Positions 22,654 to 24,000 of a stretch of 24,000 bases of DNA are shown piece by piece. A program made the translations under genes and the position numbers. The notes below the pieces were generated by a model that worked only from the letters and a program-made list of their open reading frames with translations, searched no databases and was not told the DNA's origin. Each line of letters opens with the position of its first letter. Position 1 is the first letter of the stretch. The stretch comes from Terriglobia bacterium (GTDB lineage: Bacteria; Acidobacteriota; Terriglobia; Bryobacterales; Bryobacteraceae): contig JAJPJN010000006.1 in NCBI GenBank assembly GCA_021324185.1, forward strand, positions 24,034-48,033, read 5' to 3'.

Positions 22654-24000
22654 TTACCCCTCACGCAAGGCAGACAACGGGTCTACACGGCTGGCGCGCC
22701 AGGCGGGCAAATAGCAGGCGATCAGCGCGACGGCCAACAGCACTACAGCAGCAGCGGCAACGCTCGCTGGGTCGCCTGGACTTACACCAAATAACATTCT
22801 GCTGAGCAAGCGGTCCACCAACAGCGCCACCGCACAGCCGATCACCAGACCCGCGAGTACTAATCTCATACCTTGCTTCAGGATCAACGCGAGCACCGCG
22901 GAACGCGCTGCGCCCAGAGCCATGCGTAGCCCAATCTCACGCGTCCGCTGATTGACCGAATAGGCCAGAATGCCGTAGAGTCCGATGCTCGCCAAGCTGA
23001 GCGCAAGTAAGCCGAACAAACTGAGCAGCATCACGCCCATTTTGGCCTGGAATAAGCCATTCTCGATGAGCGTTTGCCCGGTGCGGATGTCGTTCGCATA
23101 GATGCGCGGGCTAATCTCTCGTATTTCATGCTGAACCGGAAGCAGGATCTGCTGTGGGTCTCCTTTGCTTCGCACATAGAGCGTCATGGCATCGGAGTAA
23201 TTCTGTTTCAGTGGCACATAGACGCAATTCTGGGGTAGCTCACCCAGTGTGGAATAGTTTCCCGTCCGCGCAATGCCGACAATTTGGCGCACTCTCTTCT
23301 CGCCGGGAAGTTGGATACGCCTACCGATTGCGTCGCCGGTTGGCCAATAATCGTGTGCCAACCTTTCGTTAACAATCGCGACAGGAGTTGAGTTCCCGGT
23401 ATCCATCTCAGTGAATGCGCGCCCTTTGTCGAGAGCGACGCCGGCCGTTTCGAAGTAACCGACATCTACGGTGTTCAAGATTGTGGTAATAGATTCGGAT
23501 TTCGATTGTGGACCCCGGCCTGCGATTTGCAAGCCAGTAACAGTGCGCCCCCACAGTGGCAGGTTGGAGGCTTACGAGGCAGACGCTATTCCGGGAAGAG
23601 AGGCAATGCGCTCGCGAACCTCTTTGTAGAAAGCCTTGGCTTGCGGTTCAGAATATCCGGCCTGACCAGGGTTCGTCATAAAGATTGCAAGGTGTTTTGT
23701 TTGGAAACCTGGGTCGATATAGGCGAGCTGAATGCTTCGCAAAAAAAGAGCGGCAGTGACTAAAAGGAGGAAAGAGAAAGCCACTTGCGCGGTGAGCAAA
23801 ACGTTTGCCATTGCGATTTTGCCACGGGCCCTGTCCACCGTGTGAGTTTCTTCTTTCAGTGTTTCCGAAATGCCGGTGCGAGAAGCCCGCAAGGCTGGGA
23901 CCACGCCAAATAGAAACCCAGTTACGAGCGAAACGATCAGGGCAAATGCGAATACCGAGTTATCCAGTTTTGGAGTACTGAAATTTGAGCTAGAGGGCAG
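22654..24000 (-). pseudogene. ADOP-type duplicated MacB/FtsX-family ABC permease, interrupted by an in-frame TAA; the 5' end lies beyond the window
   Basis: One minus-strand frame reads from 24000: ...LDNSVFAFALIVSLVTGFLFGVVPALRASRTGISETLKEE...ASLPGIASAS-TAA(23574-23572)-ASNLPLWGRTVTGLQIAGRGPQ... and continues to the stop at 22654. The downstream part has a MacB-type periplasmic domain plus an FtsX TM bundle (REIGLRMALGA). ORF-track entries 23572..23904 and 22654..23532 are the same frame. Confidence 0.7.

Noticed and set aside
1-24000. Window-wide search for CRISPR arrays, IS elements or transposases, phage genes, toxin-antitoxin pairs and defence islands
   Set aside because: By eye I saw no repeat-spacer periodicity, no terminal inverted repeats flanking an ORF, and no recombinase, nuclease or ATPase signatures outside the housekeeping genes listed.

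Overview
This is a chromosomal, mostly housekeeping window from a moderately GC-rich bacterium. I infer Acidobacteriota from gene content, without a database search: an ADOP-type duplicated MacB/FtsX permease, a PEP-CTERM protein and a membrane-anchored wHTH-TPR regulator. Gene order, left to right: small exported-peptide ORF; DUF1801 gene; truncated PhnB-like remnant; glmM (-); Rrf2 regulator and cysK; unannotated zinc-ribbon mini-ORF behind a strong promoter; yvcK(glmR)-glmU, overlapping by 4 nt; wHTH-TM-TPR regulator (-), divergent from a PEP-CTERM protein across an intergenic region with five phased 11-bp direct repeats; arsR-SRPBCC-SRPBCC operon (-); small secreted hypothetical (-); mrdA-rodA; an RNase E/G homologue with a very large disordered insertion; tRNA-Ser(GGA); MarR regulator (-), divergent from a tightly coupled bioB-bioF-bioD-bioA operon; and an ADOP permease (-) interrupted by an in-frame TAA and running off the window end. 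I found no CRISPR array, transposase, integrase, toxin-antitoxin pair or recognisable defence system, and I cannot point to a clearly novel multi-gene system. The items most worth a second look are the RNase E/G S1-domain insertion, the phased repeat array next to the regulator/PEP-CTERM pair, the promoter-driven zinc-ribbon mini-ORF upstream of yvcK-glmU, and the nonsense-interrupted permease. All family assignments come from motif recognition by eye and need HMM/BLAST confirmation.
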